Positions 20,420 through 30,997 are shown, counted from the first letter of the stretch. The stretch is 64,000 nucleotides of DNA from Promethearchaeota archaeon (GCA_048938105.1 JBHLMN010000010.1:128001-192000); one strand, 5' to 3'. Notes: a model not told the origin generated them from the sequence alone. Numbers and translations are program-made.

Positions 20420-22168
20420 ATGAAAAAAGATAATTCTATAGATGATGCATTACCCACTTCTGGCCATTTACCGATGTATGTCATGCACAAATTCTTTGCA
20501 CGAAAACAGGAGGATGTCATCAGAGAATATATTCAAACTTATTCAAACAAAGGAGACATTGTCCTCGATCCTTTTTGTGGGAGTGGTGTAATGATTGGGG
20601 AGGCTTTGAGATTGGAACGGAAAACGATAGGAGTAGATATCAACCCTGTTTCAATATTCATTACAAGAAATACAATAAGATACGTTTCAAACATTGAACA
20701 GATTATTAAAGAATTCAATCATATTAAAATCGGAGTGAAAAATGATATCAACAAGTTATATCAGACTACTTGTCGTAAATGCGGAGAACAAGTATATGCA
20801 ATTTGTTTCACCTGGAAGAAGAATAATATAGTAGATGTCCGTTATGAATGTCCGCACCATGGCAAAATAATTAGTCAGGTGAATGAAGAGGACTTAAGCC
20901 TCTTGAAAAAGATCGAAAAGGGTACGATACCCGAATATTTTGATGAGAACGGCGAATGTCGATATTGGTATCCTACAAATAAGCTCTACTATCGGGATGG
21001 AACACCCTTTTTGAAAAAAGAGCGATTTAACTCTATTGATGAAATGTTCAGCAAAAGAAACCTCATATCTTTGGCAAAATTATATGATAGAATCAAAAAA
21101 ATAGATGATTTAGAGCTACAAGAGGCATTTAAATTTGCATTTTCATCAATGACACATTTAGCCTCGAAAATGACTCCTGTGCGGCCATCTCGCCCATTTA
21201 GTTCAGCTTGGGTTCAACAAAGTTACTGGTATTGCCAACACAATATGGAATCAAACGTTTGGATCCTTTTTGAACGAGCGATAATAGGACGACAAGGCTT
21301 GATAAAGGCCAAAAAAAGCATGTCAGAAGTTTTCAAGGATAAGAAAGAAGCTACTTGCTTTGACCAATTGGTGAATGAAAATGATTTTAATTATATATTA
21401 TTAGAATCATCAATTAATACTTTGGAAGGAATCAAAGAAAATAGTATAGATTGTGTGATAACTGATCCCCCTTATGGCCCTTCGATCCAGTATGGAGAAT
21501 TACTCTATCTGTGGGGATGTTGGCTAGAATTAATGGATAATTTTGACAAAATTATTGAAGAAGAGATCATCAAGAACCCTCATCAAAATAAAGGCGATAG
21601 AGAATATGAAAAAATGCTGAGACAGGCATTCAGAAAAATATATTATGTGTTAAAACCTGAGGGATATTTTATTATTACATTCCATAGTCCTAGCTTAAAA
21701 TATCGGAATATTCTTGTTAGATCAGTATTGTTAGCGGGATTTGAGTTTGAAAAAATAGTCTATCAACCTCCACCTAGGGCCTCAGCAAAGAGTCTTCTCC
21801 AACCATTTGGTTCACAACGAGGAGATTACTTCTTTAGATTCAAAAAGCCAAAAGAGAGAATAGAGAAATCTTACGAAGCAATTGAAGTAAATAAAGTTGA
21901 AGAATTAATTGTAAACATCACCAGAGAGATAATAATGGAGAGAGGTGAACCAACTCACTATACAGATATCCAAAATTCGTTAGACCCAATTCTCTATGAA
22001 GAACTGAAAAAAGCACATCTTTTGATGGATTTTAATCCTGAGAGTGTTGAAAGAATTTTAAAACGGTATGTTGGGAAAGTATTTGAATTAGTAGATATGG
22101 AAATAAGACTTCTAGGGAAAAAACCACTCCAAGGAACAGGATGGTGGTTGAGTAATGCTAAGCACTAA
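20420..22168 (+). CDS. Amino (N6-A/N4-C) DNA methyltransferase with Zn-ribbon insert
   Basis: MHKFFARK, DPFCGSG (motif I), CRKC..CPHH insert, TDPPY (motif IV); likely start MKKDN at 20420. Confidence 0.88.
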   Translation: MKKDNSIDDALPTSGHLPMYVMHKFFARKQEDVIREYIQTYSNKGDIVLDPFCGSGVMIGEALRLERKTIGVDINPVSIFITRNTIRYVSNIEQIIKEFNHIKIGVKNDINKLYQTTCRKCGEQVYAICFTWKKNNIVDVRYECPHHGKIISQVNEEDLSLLKKIEKGTIPEYFDENGECRYWYPTNKLYYRDGTPFLKKERFNSIDEMFSKRNLISLAKLYDRIKKIDDLELQEAFKFAFSSMTHLASKMTPVRPSRPFSSAWVQQSYWYCQHNMESNVWILFERAIIGRQGLIKAKKSMSEVFKDKKEATCFDQLVNENDFNYILLESSINTLEGIKENSIDCVITDPPYGPSIQYGELLYLWGCWLELMDNFDKIIEEEIIKNPHQNKGDREYEKMLRQAFRKIYYVLKPEGYFIITFHSPSLKYRNILVRSVLLAGFEFEKIVYQPPPRASAKSLLQPFGSQRGDYFFRFKKPKERIEKSYEAIEVNKVEELIVNITREIIMERGEPTHYTDIQNSLDPILYEELKKAHLLMDFNPESVERILKRYVGKVFELVDMEIRLLGKKPLQGTGWWLSNAKH

Positions 22169-22238
22169 CAATGATTAAGACTAATTTTTGTTTCACTTTC
22201 CTCCCTAAGCTAGACAAGAATTTGTCTTAAACCGTCAT

Positions 22239-22272
22239 TTTCGGTTATCTAGCCGAAATGTTTTTATAAGTG
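22239..22272 (+). promoter_or_regulatory. Imperfect palindrome next to a TATA-like box upstream of the LRR gene
   Basis: tttcggtta-tc-tagccgaaa followed by tttttataag shortly before the ORF start. Confidence 0.35.
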
Positions 22273-22288
22273 GGATCCTCGTAATTTC

Positions 22289-23743
22289 TTGAATAAGGGG
22301 GTTCTTTTGAGCCAGATTGCAGATCAAATTATCCAGCTGATTGTCCAGCAGACTGGTCTCTCTCGGGAACAAATCTTAGCTAGCGTGCAGCTACTTCAAC
22401 GTTCACTACAACCTCACATTAAAGAATTCGACAATTATAATGATCCTACTTTTCCCCAGTTGCTCGCTCAAGAGCTGAATGTTGATTTAGGCGATCCTAC
22501 AAATTATCTCTACGTAGAACTGCTCTTCGACGAAGCTCCGCTCATAGTTCGAGTTATCCCCTTTACCACCGTTAATAAAGATAAGATTAAGGCGACTTTG
22601 CGTGCAATGATTTTAGAGTGTGAACCACTGATCAGGGATAAGTTTAAATTGTCGGAGAACCAACAAATCACTCTGACTGATGAGTTATCGTTCATGTGTG
22701 GTCCTTATGCGCATCCAGAACAAGGTCAGCTTTATGTTCAGGACGGGACTGAGTTCTCTTTTCGAGCTTACGAATCTTGGGCAAATTTCGATGGAGAGTT
22801 TGATCATATCCGAGTTCTGGAAGATTTTATCGACCACGCAGAGCTGTATCGTACTTTTATTGATTACCAGATTGTGCGCACCGCTGATCCCACGAAGACT
22901 TTCATCCCCTATTCGTTGTTAAACAAGGTGATGAATTTTCCCCCTGATTGGGCAGCTTTTGATCCAGAGAATCGTTTTAGTTCTTTAGAGTTTCCATATA
23001 TTACCCTCGAGTCTTTTCGAGCTACCCCCGACTTAAAATCCCTTTTGATAAACAATCCTCGAGTTAAAGAGATCATTGGAGTGGAGGCGCTCCACAATTC
23101 CCCCCTACTCTCCATTATCTCAATTTTCCAGAAGTCTATTTCGTTAGAGGTTCTAAATTTTCCACCTTTTCTCTCGTTGCCTAACCTTGAGCTTATCCAC
23201 CTCCAATTTGACTCCAAACTGCGAAATGATTTTTTTGATCTCTCATTTTTGTACAATTGTCCCAAACTTCGACAGATTGAGTTCTATATCAATCATTCTC
23301 CTTCCTTTAAGCAACTCCTCCTTCCTCCATTGAATCATCACTCTCATTTAGAGGAGATCCGCATTGGTTCTCATTCGGAATCCGTTGTCCTCTCTCCCCC
23401 GTGGGATTGTCCCAACCTCAAAATTTTGGAAATTTGCACAAGACTAATTGAGACTCTGGATCTTACACCACTAAGCCACTGTCCCAAGTTACAAGAACTA
23501 GATCTTTCTTGTAATCGCTTTGTCACACTGAATCTCTCCCCACTACGCCATTGTCAAAAGCTACAGAAATTAAATCTCTCCTCTAACTGCCTGACATCAT
23601 TAGATTTAACCCCTCTCGAGAATCACTCTTCCTTAGAAGTAATCAATCTCAAACGTAACAAACTAGAACACATTGACCTCTCCCCATTAGAGAACTCCCC
23701 CAGAACCCAAATCAACCTCCAGAACAATCCAATTACACTCTAA
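22289..23743 (+). CDS. Leucine-rich repeat protein
   Basis: C-terminal repeats LxxLDLSxN / LDLTPLxxCxxL. Confidence 0.85.
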   Translation: MNKGVLLSQIADQIIQLIVQQTGLSREQILASVQLLQRSLQPHIKEFDNYNDPTFPQLLAQELNVDLGDPTNYLYVELLFDEAPLIVRVIPFTTVNKDKIKATLRAMILECEPLIRDKFKLSENQQITLTDELSFMCGPYAHPEQGQLYVQDGTEFSFRAYESWANFDGEFDHIRVLEDFIDHAELYRTFIDYQIVRTADPTKTFIPYSLLNKVMNFPPDWAAFDPENRFSSLEFPYITLESFRATPDLKSLLINNPRVKEIIGVEALHNSPLLSIISIFQKSISLEVLNFPPFLSLPNLELIHLQFDSKLRNDFFDLSFLYNCPKLRQIEFYINHSPSFKQLLLPPLNHHSHLEEIRIGSHSESVVLSPPWDCPNLKILEICTRLIETLDLTPLSHCPKLQELDLSCNRFVTLNLSPLRHCQKLQKLNLSSNCLTSLDLTPLENHSSLEVINLKRNKLEHIDLSPLENSPRTQINLQNNPITL

Positions 23744-23877
23744 CTCTAAGTAGAATGATATTATTACCTGTTGTTTTGCTTAAGTAAAACCTGCTATAAT
23801 TCTTTTTTGCTTTATAGATAACTACTTCTTTAAAAGGAGTATATAAAGAAGCGAATATTTATATACTTGATTATTTT

Positions 23878-24741
23878 ATGTCTTTATTAGCTCACGACTA
23901 TTGGAGAGTTGTGTTTATGAAACCCCCTGTCAACCTTGTTGACCGCCCCTTTGACTCGAACCATCCCTCTGACGATTCCACTATGTCCTGTGAACAGTAT
24001 GAAACCTGGTTCTTAGGTTCCCTCATGCGTGTTAAGAAACCTCAGAGAGATTTCAATCGACTGTCCTCCTTACACAACCGGATTACTCATGAAGAAACGA
24101 ATTTTGATGAGCGACTTCAAGTTAACTGGCGTGTTGCTTCTCAATTGTCAGAATTCTTTCCTCTTAAATGGTTAATTGAGATAACAGCCCAATTTAGAAA
24201 ATTAGATGCCACTAAATTAGGTATTAAAACCTATCAAGATCGTGTCTGTTCTTACTTGGGTTATATCGAATTATACTTAACTTTTCGGGGACTAACCTTG
24301 TTAGATTCAACCTTGGTGGAGATTAACGCTTTTTTAGCTATTAATATTTCCAAAAACGATGTCCGTACTTGGAAATTAAAACTCCTCCGAATTACTCCTG
24401 GATTACAAGAGCAATGGATCAAGATTCGTGCAAGAACCCACCAAAGCGCCATAATGTCCACTGTTGTCCATGTTATGAATCGAGAACTGGTATTAACTAA
24501 TTGTACGAAAGAAGAAGTTTTCAAAGTCAAACAGTGTGCATTACTTTTGGCACGGAAGTTTGTTGAAACTAAAAAAGCGCGACATATTAAAAAACCTGAA
24601 GTTTGGGCTCGTGCTATCTGTACCAAAGCCCTCTTTGAGACCCTTCCTCGTTATCACAGCGTGGCGTTTCCTCATCTATCTCATAAAACTCGAAAAGTAA
24701 TAGAAAACAAACGTTGGCAACTCGACCGCCTCATTGGTTAA
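23878..24741 (+). CDS. Divergent TFB/cyclin-box-like protein lacking the Zn ribbon
   Basis: Three segments align by eye, in order, to the TFB at 58479 (linker, end of repeat 1, KxP motif of repeat 2). Confidence 0.5.
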   Translation: MSLLAHDYWRVVFMKPPVNLVDRPFDSNHPSDDSTMSCEQYETWFLGSLMRVKKPQRDFNRLSSLHNRITHEETNFDERLQVNWRVASQLSEFFPLKWLIEITAQFRKLDATKLGIKTYQDRVCSYLGYIELYLTFRGLTLLDSTLVEINAFLAINISKNDVRTWKLKLLRITPGLQEQWIKIRARTHQSAIMSTVVHVMNRELVLTNCTKEEVFKVKQCALLLARKFVETKKARHIKKPEVWARAICTKALFETLPRYHSVAFPHLSHKTRKVIENKRWQLDRLIG

Positions 24742-25079
24742 AATAAATGAGTAAATATTCTATTATTCTTCTCTTGTAATTATTACGTGACTCTTTCTAT
24801 TCTTTTAGTTCACTATAAGCATTTTTCCACCAATGAAACCTTCGAAAATTTTATATCTGATCCTTGTTTCTCTTTTTGGTTGATTATCCTTTATACCTCA
24901 TTACATGAACATTATTTTCCTTAGAATCAGTTTTCTCTTGAAACTTCCCCCAAATTCGGAATAATCAATCCAATTTCACAGGTTTTGAGTGAATGATTCT
25001 CAACATGCTCTAAATTATAAATAACTTTAATTCAGGGCATAGATGGATCAATGAAAAATGTATTTCCAGGAAAGGCAAA

Positions 25080-25631
25080 ATGATGATAGATGATTTAGTT
25101 TTAAGGCAGAAAGAGCAGGAGACATTAAAAATCGATAATTTAATTATTAAACTTGACCATATAGCCTATAGAGTAAACAGAGGAGAGAGAAGGAGATTTA
25201 TTGACGAATTATCAAATGTGGTACCATATCAAGAGTTTAAAAACTTCAAAGTACTCAATGCAAATGCAGTTACTACCTGTATAAAACTTCATAGCACTTT
25301 ACCTGTCATTGTTGTTTCCGAGGGGGTTACTGATGACTCCATTGTCGAAAAATATTGTCAAAAATATGGTTCTAGAGTCCATCATTTGGCATATCTAGTA
25401 AAAGACATTCGAAAAGTAGTTGAGGTTCAAAAACAGCGAGGAATTCAATTTACAACAGAAAAGATCATTGGCAGTGAAGCGGAGGGAATATTACAAATCT
25501 TTACAACCCCAACTGAGACAACTAACCATATTTTAGAGTATATCCAACGATTTGGTGATTTTGATGGTTTTTTCACTCCATCTAATATTTCCAAGCTAAT
25601 GAAATCTACTGAAAAATTAGGCGAAGCTTAG
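25080..25631 (+). CDS. VOC family protein resembling the HPPD C-terminal catalytic domain
   Basis: LDHIAY, VHHLAY, ILQIFT, EYIQR, GFF: His/His/Glu triad pattern. Confidence 0.75.
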   Translation: MMIDDLVLRQKEQETLKIDNLIIKLDHIAYRVNRGERRRFIDELSNVVPYQEFKNFKVLNANAVTTCIKLHSTLPVIVVSEGVTDDSIVEKYCQKYGSRVHHLAYLVKDIRKVVEVQKQRGIQFTTEKIIGSEAEGILQIFTTPTETTNHILEYIQRFGDFDGFFTPSNISKLMKSTEKLGEA

Positions 25632-25739
25632 AGATTATGAGACTCCTTTTTTTAATTCCTAACTGTGAAAAAAAAGGCTTGGCAGCTTGTCGAATATCTC
25701 GTTTGCACAAACCAAAACTGTTTCCAAGACTAATAAACA

Positions 25740-26339
25740 TTGTATGGAGGAGGTTCAATAGAAGTGAAATTTGAAAGAAAACCCTTACCTTTACTAGTAT
25801 GTCCAGTTGTTTTAGTTACTACACAAGATAAAAAGTATGATCGGGCAAATATAATAACGTTAACCCTTGTTGGTGGTTTTTGCTGGGAACCACCGATTAT
25901 TGGAGTCGGGATTGGAAGAAGCCAATATTCTAAAGGATTAATAGATCAAATTGGTGAATTTGTTGTCAATGTTCCTACAACTGAATTGATAGAAGACGTT
26001 GAATATTGTGGTCTTGTTTCTGGAAAAGACATTGATAAATTTGCAAATACTAACTTTACTCCAGTCCCTTCTAAACATGTCAAACCACCAATGATCAAAG
26101 AATGTCCAATTAATCTGGAGTGTAAAGTAATAATGAGCATTCCACTTGGTTCAAATGTATTATTCCTTGGTAAAGTTGTATGTCTCCATGTTGATGAATC
26201 AATTCTTGATAGTAAGGGTGGAATGAATTTAATGAAAGCTAATCCTATTATGTTTAATTTAACGAATAGCTATTGGAGTGTGGGTGAAAAAATTGCCTCG
26301 TATGGATTCAGTAAATCTCAGAAAAATCTCATAGATTAA
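25740..26339 (+). CDS. Flavin reductase family protein
   Basis: PVVLVTT, EPP, GEFVVN, CGLVSG..DKF, IKECPINLEC. Confidence 0.9.
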   Translation: MYGGGSIEVKFERKPLPLLVCPVVLVTTQDKKYDRANIITLTLVGGFCWEPPIIGVGIGRSQYSKGLIDQIGEFVVNVPTTELIEDVEYCGLVSGKDIDKFANTNFTPVPSKHVKPPMIKECPINLECKVIMSIPLGSNVLFLGKVVCLHVDESILDSKGGMNLMKANPIMFNLTNSYWSVGEKIASYGFSKSQKNLID

Positions 26340-27129
26340 AGAGGTCTTTAGCATTTTCAGTTAAAATTCTTTTTTTATTAGCATAAGAAATGGGGGCATA
26401 TGTTACCTTGGTTTTTTCCCAAGTAATGTCACGAGCTCCCCATGGATAATCAGAACCAAATAATATCTTTTCAACACCCATAACATCCACAGCTTCAGCT
26501 AATCGGCGTGGATGGGGAATATAGGAACATTCAAGGAAGAGGTTGGGGTGATGAGCTGCCATTTCAATATGGGAGAAGCGATCGTTAAGACCATACTCTT
26601 CTTTCATGTGTAAACACACAAAAGTTCCATCCGAGTATGTTTCTGCTAATGCTGCGATGTCCTTAACAGACCCTTCTGGCCCCCATCCGGAGTGGATCAT
26701 AATAGGAAGCTCAAACTCAATTGCTTTTTCAACGAAAGGTTTCACAATAGGATCTGTGAGCTTGTACCCATCAAATACTGGATGTAGTTTTAACCCTCGA
26801 AAGTTTTTCTCTTCGATCAAATCTTGAAAATCGTCTGGAGAATCATACTTTGGATTAAGCCAAGCCACAAGTAGGAATCGTCGTTTCATTGGTTCAACTC
26901 GGGTGGCAAGTAACTCATTTTCTTGTCTCATTGACTCTTTTTTTGGCCCACAGAGTAAAACCGCTTCCGTTACATGAGCATTATTTAGAGCTGCCAAATA
27001 CTCATCGAAGGAAGGAAGGTTTTTTGCATCTGAAATGAAAAATGTAACGGGACTTAACGGAAAATGAGTATGTATATCAATTGTGGGAAGAAATTTTAAC
27101 GATTCATCAGCCATTTGTCTCAATTCCAC
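26329..27129 (-). CDS. Amidohydrolase_2 family metallohydrolase
   Basis: IDIHTH, GLKLHP, IHSG, LHM, LFGSDYP. Confidence 0.9.
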   Translation of the reverse strand: MELRQMADESLKFLPTIDIHTHFPLSPVTFFISDAKNLPSFDEYLAALNNAHVTEAVLLCGPKKESMRQENELLATRVEPMKRRFLLVAWLNPKYDSPDDFQDLIEEKNFRGLKLHPVFDGYKLTDPIVKPFVEKAIEFELPIMIHSGWGPEGSVKDIAALAETYSDGTFVCLHMKEEYGLNDRFSHIEMAAHHPNLFLECSYIPHPRRLAEAVDVMGVEKILFGSDYPWGARDITWEKTKVTYAPISYANKKRILTENAKDLFNL

Positions 27130-27324
27130 TTAAAAAAAGCGACTTGATTTCTCTTCTTTTTTTAGTCAGACTAATTTATATATTTATACAATGTGTGGAA
27201 ACAAACGATCTTATATTTCATAAAGGATATGAAGTAAAAATAGAAATAGTGACTTGTGAATACCTTGTATACAAAAGAAATTCTTCCTTCATTCTTCTCT
27301 TAGTAGGTAATTATCTTGAAAACC

Positions 27325-28428
27325 ATGTCTGATCATTGGGCTATCTTTGTTGAGGGAGCTGAGATCAGATGGACATTTGGTAATCCGAGTGCTGAATTCC
27401 AAAAAATTGTACTCAATTTTCTGTTGGGTCTTGGGAATTTGGGAGAAGAAATATTTGGTGAAGGCATTGCAAGTATAACCTTTGATTTACAAAAGCATAC
27501 TGGAATGAAAGCTTCTGAGATCTTCATCGTTTCTTTACAGGATCAATTTCTTTTGATAATTAGTGACCCTGCCACAACACTCCTCTTAATCACGACTCAA
27601 GGAGGAATCCCCATCGATATCAAAGAAATAATGACCGCTGTACTAGTGGGTCAAGCTTCAATTCTTTATGCGAACACCATATCTGATTTAAATGTATTAG
27701 GAAAAAGAGCTGTTGAGAAGAAATATAGAGACATCATTCTAGACATCAATAATGAATATCTCAAGGATGATTTAATATATACCATTGTAGGAAGATCAGG
27801 AAGTAATTTTTCCATCCTAACATTTGAAGAATGTTTATTACTACATTTTTATCTTAGAAAGCAGATTGTGCCAACAGATTATCTCCCCTCATCTAGTTGG
27901 TGTTTAATCTCACAATTGGGTGGAGGAGCTATCCCTTTCTCATTTAATATTAGGGATGAGTTAGTCATGGGGGGATATTTCGCAGCTATAATCGAATTCA
28001 TCTCTACTCTCTTTGGTACGAAACCCAAGTACATCTCATTTGGTTCCACTCAGATACGCAGAGTACGCTTTGTCTATGGTGGAGATTACTTTATGGCTAT
28101 TGATGCATCTTTCATGATCGACCTATTGCTTAGGCGGCGGTTTCAGAAACAATTTTTTGAAACAAATTACTCGATAATAAAAGACATGTCCGTTGGGATT
28201 AAAGAATTGATCATTGAAGAGATCATTCAATTCAGTGAAAAAAAATTAACCGAATTATCTGTTGAAACCCTTTTACGTACTTACATAGGCGAAGGAAGTG
28301 AAGATTTAGAGCTATCATTCGGAACAAATGTGGAAAAGGGGAAAGAGAAAGAGCTTTTGGAGCTTTTACGGGAGGAACGTATGGATCAAGTATTACGTGT
28401 ATGGGGACGATATTTAATTAATTTATAG
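27325..28428 (+). CDS. Tandem longin-like domain protein
   Basis: Two segments with longin pattern: FLLGLGNLGEEIFGEGIASITF and MGGYFAAIIEFISTLFGTKPKYISFG, each preceded and followed by beta-strands. Confidence 0.55.
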   Translation: MSDHWAIFVEGAEIRWTFGNPSAEFQKIVLNFLLGLGNLGEEIFGEGIASITFDLQKHTGMKASEIFIVSLQDQFLLIISDPATTLLLITTQGGIPIDIKEIMTAVLVGQASILYANTISDLNVLGKRAVEKKYRDIILDINNEYLKDDLIYTIVGRSGSNFSILTFEECLLLHFYLRKQIVPTDYLPSSSWCLISQLGGGAIPFSFNIRDELVMGGYFAAIIEFISTLFGTKPKYISFGSTQIRRVRFVYGGDYFMAIDASFMIDLLLRRRFQKQFFETNYSIIKDMSVGIKELIIEEIIQFSEKKLTELSVETLLRTYIGEGSEDLELSFGTNVEKGKEKELLELLREERMDQVLRVWGRYLINL

Positions 28429-28512
28429 AAATAAAAGGAAAAAGCAGATTATTTTCGATTAAGTAAAGAAGACACATGTCAATGAGATTTCTTACTACAT
28501 AATATCCGTTGG

Positions 28513-29166
28513 GTGAGTTTTTCTATGCAACTGTACATTGTACGACATGGTCAAACTGAATTCAATGTTGGAGAACCACGTTTTCGTGGCCAACTAGACA
28601 TACCGCTTTCAGAAATCGGTATTCAACAAGCTGAAGCAATTGCATTAGCACTGAAAACCATTCCTTTTAATACGATTTACTATAGTCGGTTACAACGTGC
28701 AAAGATAACTGCTGAAATGATCCACCATTTTCATAGTTCCTCGCGTTTTATTGAAGAACCACTACTAATAACAATGAATTTCGGTGATTGGCAAGGACAG
28801 TTCCATAAGGAAGTATTTAAAACAGTTGAAGAAAGGAAAGCATGGTTAACGAACCCTAACACTCTTGTCATTCCCAATGGAGAAACATTTTATGAAGTTT
28901 TAAACAGAGTTCACCGATTATTGACACGGTTACGCGCCCAACTGGAAGAAAACATCGCGTTAATTACACACAGGGTTGTTATTATCATTCTGTTACTGTA
29001 TTTATTCAAATTAGATCCTTCTCACTTTTGGAATTTCCGTGTTGACACAGCTTCGATTACCCAAATTCAATATAACTCAAATAATACATTTCGGTTGATA
29101 AAACTCAACGAGACACATCATTTGACTAATTTAGCTCACTCTAATTCTAGGGAAACTACTTTTTAG
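28513..29166 (+). CDS. Histidine phosphatase family protein
   Basis: VRHGQT, FRGQLDIPL, SRLQRA, FGDWQG, ITH. Confidence 0.92.
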   Translation: MSFSMQLYIVRHGQTEFNVGEPRFRGQLDIPLSEIGIQQAEAIALALKTIPFNTIYYSRLQRAKITAEMIHHFHSSSRFIEEPLLITMNFGDWQGQFHKEVFKTVEERKAWLTNPNTLVIPNGETFYEVLNRVHRLLTRLRAQLEENIALITHRVVIIILLLYLFKLDPSHFWNFRVDTASITQIQYNSNNTFRLIKLNETHHLTNLAHSNSRETTF

Positions 29167-29315
29167 AAAGAAACTAATAATTGCACTTAAAAGAATAATT
29201 TAGATTTAACTGAATAGAGACAATCACCCGAGAGACAGTATACACATCTTAAAACGCAAAAAAGAATCAAGACGAAGATTTATCAAAGCTTAAAATAATC
29301 AACTGGCGCCCAAAG

Positions 29316-30944
29316 ATGACAAATTCAATCAAAAATACCTTATTAAACAATTATCAGGTGTTGATTGTACTATCGATAATTACGCTTTTTACTATTATTT
29401 CTGGTGTAATTTATTATCTAAGCCTCATTGAAGAAAATCAGGAAGAGGAGAATAATCCATCTGATGAAATAAACAGTCCTGTATTCGATGGTTATAACTT
29501 ATTCGTTCTCGAGGATAAAAATCTGCTAACCTTGAATAGAAGCTTGAAACTTCTTATCACTGATATGGAAGGAGAAGTAATTATTGAAAAGGATTATCTT
29601 AAAGAACCTCGGGGATTAGATGTTTATCCTGTAGAATTATTTAATACTACAACTGTGTTATTAGGCGCTGATGATGGAGCTGTCCTTTGGAATTTTGTAA
29701 CAAATACAACATATGATTTGGGTTTTGAGGGACATCATGATCTTGAATACAACGTTAATTATAACACATTTTTTACAATGAGCTGGTATGCAACTGAAAT
29801 TGATGGGATTCTCTACGGTTTTGATGTTATTAAAGAGTACGATTGGCAAGGAAATTTACAATGGTCCCTCGACACACGGGAATTCGTTTCCCCGACAATG
29901 TGGTGCCCTTTTCAAGATAGCTATGGAGAAATCAGAGATCTAACTCATGGTAATACAGTCTTTTATGACTCCGAAGAAGATATTATTTATTATAATTCCC
30001 GTAATTGTAATACATTTTGGAAGATTGATCACAAGACAGGCAGAATACTTTGGGCATTAGGAGAATATGGTGATTTTCAACTTTTCGACAGACGTGGAAA
30101 TCTTCGAGAACATCTATTTTTTCATGCCCACTCTGTTGAAAAAATAGACGCTAATACATTCATTTTATTTGACAATGATATGCATAACCAGACGGATCCA
30201 ACGAACTTTCGATCTCGTATTTTAGAGATTGTTGTTAACGAGACCACCATGACTGCCAACGAATCATGGGTATGGGCAGCTCCTGTGGAGTATTACACTA
30301 ACATTTGGGGTGATGCAGACCGTCTACCAAATGGTAATCGTTTGGGGACATTTGGAACGGAAACTCATCCCAACACTGACATTGGACCAAGATTAGTAGA
30401 GGTTACCAATGAGGGAGAGATCGTATGGGAGTTGACTTATAGGACAACTGAAGATTATATGTATGGGATTTATCGCATGGAGCGATTTCGCTTTACTCCA
30501 ACTCTCAGTTCTCAACCAAATATAAAGATGGTATCAACAGATAGTGTTAACGTTAGCTGGCAAACATGGTTTAATTTCAGAACAAAACAACAAATGAAAG
30601 GACTTTATGCGATCTTCTTTGACGGTACGCTGATTGATAGCGGTTTATACACGTTTGAAAAGTGGTGGCTCCCCTCCAACTTGGATGTTTCCTTAAATAA
30701 TTTGTCACCAAGAAAACATAACTTAACAGTTGTACTCTCAGACATGATGGGAGGCTCCACACGTAATAGTGTCATCATTCACGACACCACGAGCTCTACA
30801 ACCACTCAACAGACTAACCTGGAAACAACGACATCTTCAATGGCAAAAACAAGTAGCTTCTCTGGATTATTAGCCATTATATTGTTCATTAGCAGCCTAG
30901 TAGTATTCATTCAAATACGAAAGAAGAGAATAGAATTAGAATAG
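29316..30944 (+). CDS. Arylsulfotransferase (ASST)-like membrane-anchored protein
   Basis: HHD, THGNT, SRN, FHAH, LFDN, GDADRLPNGN motifs; N- and C-terminal TM. Confidence 0.85.
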   Translation: MTNSIKNTLLNNYQVLIVLSIITLFTIISGVIYYLSLIEENQEEENNPSDEINSPVFDGYNLFVLEDKNLLTLNRSLKLLITDMEGEVIIEKDYLKEPRGLDVYPVELFNTTTVLLGADDGAVLWNFVTNTTYDLGFEGHHDLEYNVNYNTFFTMSWYATEIDGILYGFDVIKEYDWQGNLQWSLDTREFVSPTMWCPFQDSYGEIRDLTHGNTVFYDSEEDIIYYNSRNCNTFWKIDHKTGRILWALGEYGDFQLFDRRGNLREHLFFHAHSVEKIDANTFILFDNDMHNQTDPTNFRSRILEIVVNETTMTANESWVWAAPVEYYTNIWGDADRLPNGNRLGTFGTETHPNTDIGPRLVEVTNEGEIVWELTYRTTEDYMYGIYRMERFRFTPTLSSQPNIKMVSTDSVNVSWQTWFNFRTKQQMKGLYAIFFDGTLIDSGLYTFEKWWLPSNLDVSLNNLSPRKHNLTVVLSDMMGGSTRNSVIIHDTTSSTTTQQTNLETTTSSMAKTSSFSGLLAIILFISSLVVFIQIRKKRIELE

Positions 30945-30997
30945 CCTAGAGTTACTAGCAGTTGTAAAAATTACTTTATGTATGAATAAGAACTTAA

